Assembly: GCA_951804945.1 (NCBI GenBank)
Contig: OX638149.1
Location: 95,356,001 to 95,420,000, forward strand
Reading direction: 5' to 3'
Length of the DNA stretch: 64,000 bases
Origin: Podarcis cretensis
Lineage: Eukaryota
Part shown: one piece after another, positions 62,545-64,000 of the stretch
How the letters are laid out: each line of letters starts with the position of its first letter
How positions within the stretch are numbered: position 1 is the first letter of the stretch
Notes under the pieces: generated by a model
Database searches by the model: none
The model's input: only the letters and a program-made list of their open reading frames with translations
Told to the model about the DNA's origin: nothing
Translations under genes and position numbers: made by a program

Positions 62545-63200
62545 GCATGGATTGGGGAACCTGTGGCTCTCCACAGAATGTTGCTGGAATACAACCCCTG
62601 ATCATTAGCTATGCTGACTGGGGCTGATGGAAGTCCTAGTCCATCAACACCTGGAGAGCCACTTAGCCATCTCTCTTCTAGTGGCTTGATCTGCACATTA
62701 TTACCAATGCATGATCACACTCAAATGCAGCACCATTTCCCCTTCTCCCAAATAAACATTTAATAACACAACACTCGTGGAGTTTTGGGGGTTTCCTCAT
62801 CCATTTCACCTCATTAGCTGTTGGCAGAGACCGCTGAGCACAACATACATAACTTAATGTTACCAAGAAAGTGTGATTTGGGGCTGCAAATCAGGAAGTG
62901 ATTTGGCCACACTAGTTTCACATGGCGAATATGGCTTTTGGAACATGCTTTCTTCTGATGACAACGTAGGTCTAGCATATGAAACCACATTTTCCTGTGC
63001 TGAGAAGAGGTCTTGGTGCATTGGCTTGTAAGCAAATGTCTTTTGAAATGTTTTTGCACAATTGGGGTGGGGTGGGAACCTGTGACCCTTCAGATGTTGC
63101 TGGACTCCCATTTCCCAAAAGCCCCTTCCAGCAAGGCCAATGGTCAGAGGGGATGGGAGTTGTGGAGTTTGACCATTTCTGGAGGGTCACCTTTGGCTTA
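62545..63200. mobile_element. Two hAT-like palindromic MITE copies (about 62545-62680 and 63060-63200)
   Basis: gggaacctgtg ... atgttgctgga ... ctggag core shared with 4303, 6501 and 50084. Confidence 0.65.
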
Positions 63201-63322
63201 AGTAAACAATTAACAGAAGATCTCGGGGAGAGGAAACTGCACGGCTCACCCTTCACATCTGAGAGCTCTTACAAGATCTGAGTTGAACAGGAAAATGCAT
63301 TATTAGATCTCCTCACACTTAC

Positions 63323-63752
63323 CTGAACAGATTACACCTTTATATCTTGGGCAGGAGAAGTCATCACACTCGCAGAACAGCCCGTAGATCTTCCCAAATT
63401 CGCTCTCGAAGCAGACGCAGTGGTTGCAAGAGCATTCCCCTCGGCCATTGCAGACCCGCTTCCCTTCAGCTTCGCGGCACATGTTCTGGTACATGTTCCC
63501 ACTCTCGCCTTCCTCACATTCACACTTGGCTCCCACGTGGCCCGGATCGCAGTCACATAACCCACACACGTAGGTGCCGTTCCCACTGCACTTGCTGCTG
63601 CTGTGCTCTATCTGTTTGGTACATCCGCACACGCAGTTGTAGGTGACGATCACCTCCAGAGTGTCCCGAAACCAATCCGGCCTGATAGTGAATGTATGCG
63701 AGGTGTTCTCAGCGGGGCAACTTCGAGCTTCTACTGATATCTCAAAGGAAAC
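63323..63752 (-). CDS. ITGB5: Integrin beta-5 hybrid/I-EGF exon ([12 protein letters not shown]...TYNCVCGC...[17 protein letters not shown]); the gene continues beyond the window
   Basis: atag|GTTTCC ... TCAG|gtaagt on -; 430 nt. The six exons sum to 1137 nt (379 codons). Confidence 0.96.
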
Positions 63753-64000
63753 CTATGTGGGAACAGTGAAAGGTAGGAATGGGAAGTCATCAGAAGCCTT
63801 TAAAAACTCAAATGTTTTGGCAGAACCAGCTCTACCGTTGGGCAGGTTGAGGCAGCTCCCTCAAACAGCAAATGCCTGGGGGGGGGGGGGAGTGAGCCAA
63901 GGAACATATACCAAGTCAGGCTATTGGTCCATCTAGTTTAGTATCATCTACACTGACGGGCAGCGACTTCAAACAGGGTCTCTCTCAGACAGAGACTGAA

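Noticed and set aside
1-64000. Horizontally acquired, viral or prokaryotic system
   Set aside because: All recognisable coding sequence belongs to three spliced vertebrate genes in conserved order; there are no long intronless foreign ORFs or operon-like structure.

Overview
Vertebrate genomic DNA. The repeat content (Sauria/Squam-type SINEs, Bov-B, CR1/L2, Penelope-like element) points to a squamate reptile, probably a lacertid lizard; this is inference. The window holds three spliced genes in the same order as the human KALRN-UMPS-ITGB5 block. (1) The last 10 coding exons of KALRN on + (3342-17730; linker, Ig, FN3 and Ser/Thr kinase; 1644 nt in frame), including a 60-nt and a 28-nt exon, followed by a long 3' UTR. 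(2) The complete 6-exon UMPS gene on + (23985-29576; 1425 nt, 474 aa) with a CpG-island promoter. (3) The last 6 coding exons of ITGB5 on - (63752-34834; 1137 nt in frame), convergent with UMPS. Almost all other ORF-track entries are chance ORFs. No prokaryotic or CRISPR-type system is present, and I cannot claim a new biological system. The most notable signals are: a 98-bp-arm hairpin from a Penelope-like element carrying a damaged minimal hammerhead ribozyme core; an apparent compensated frameshift in ITGB5 (RPDWFRD instead of RP[VI]GFRD); a probable regulated KALRN cassette exon beside a SINE-made array of splice donors; and several retrotransposition footprints. Gene and repeat names come from recognition of the sequence, not from database searches.
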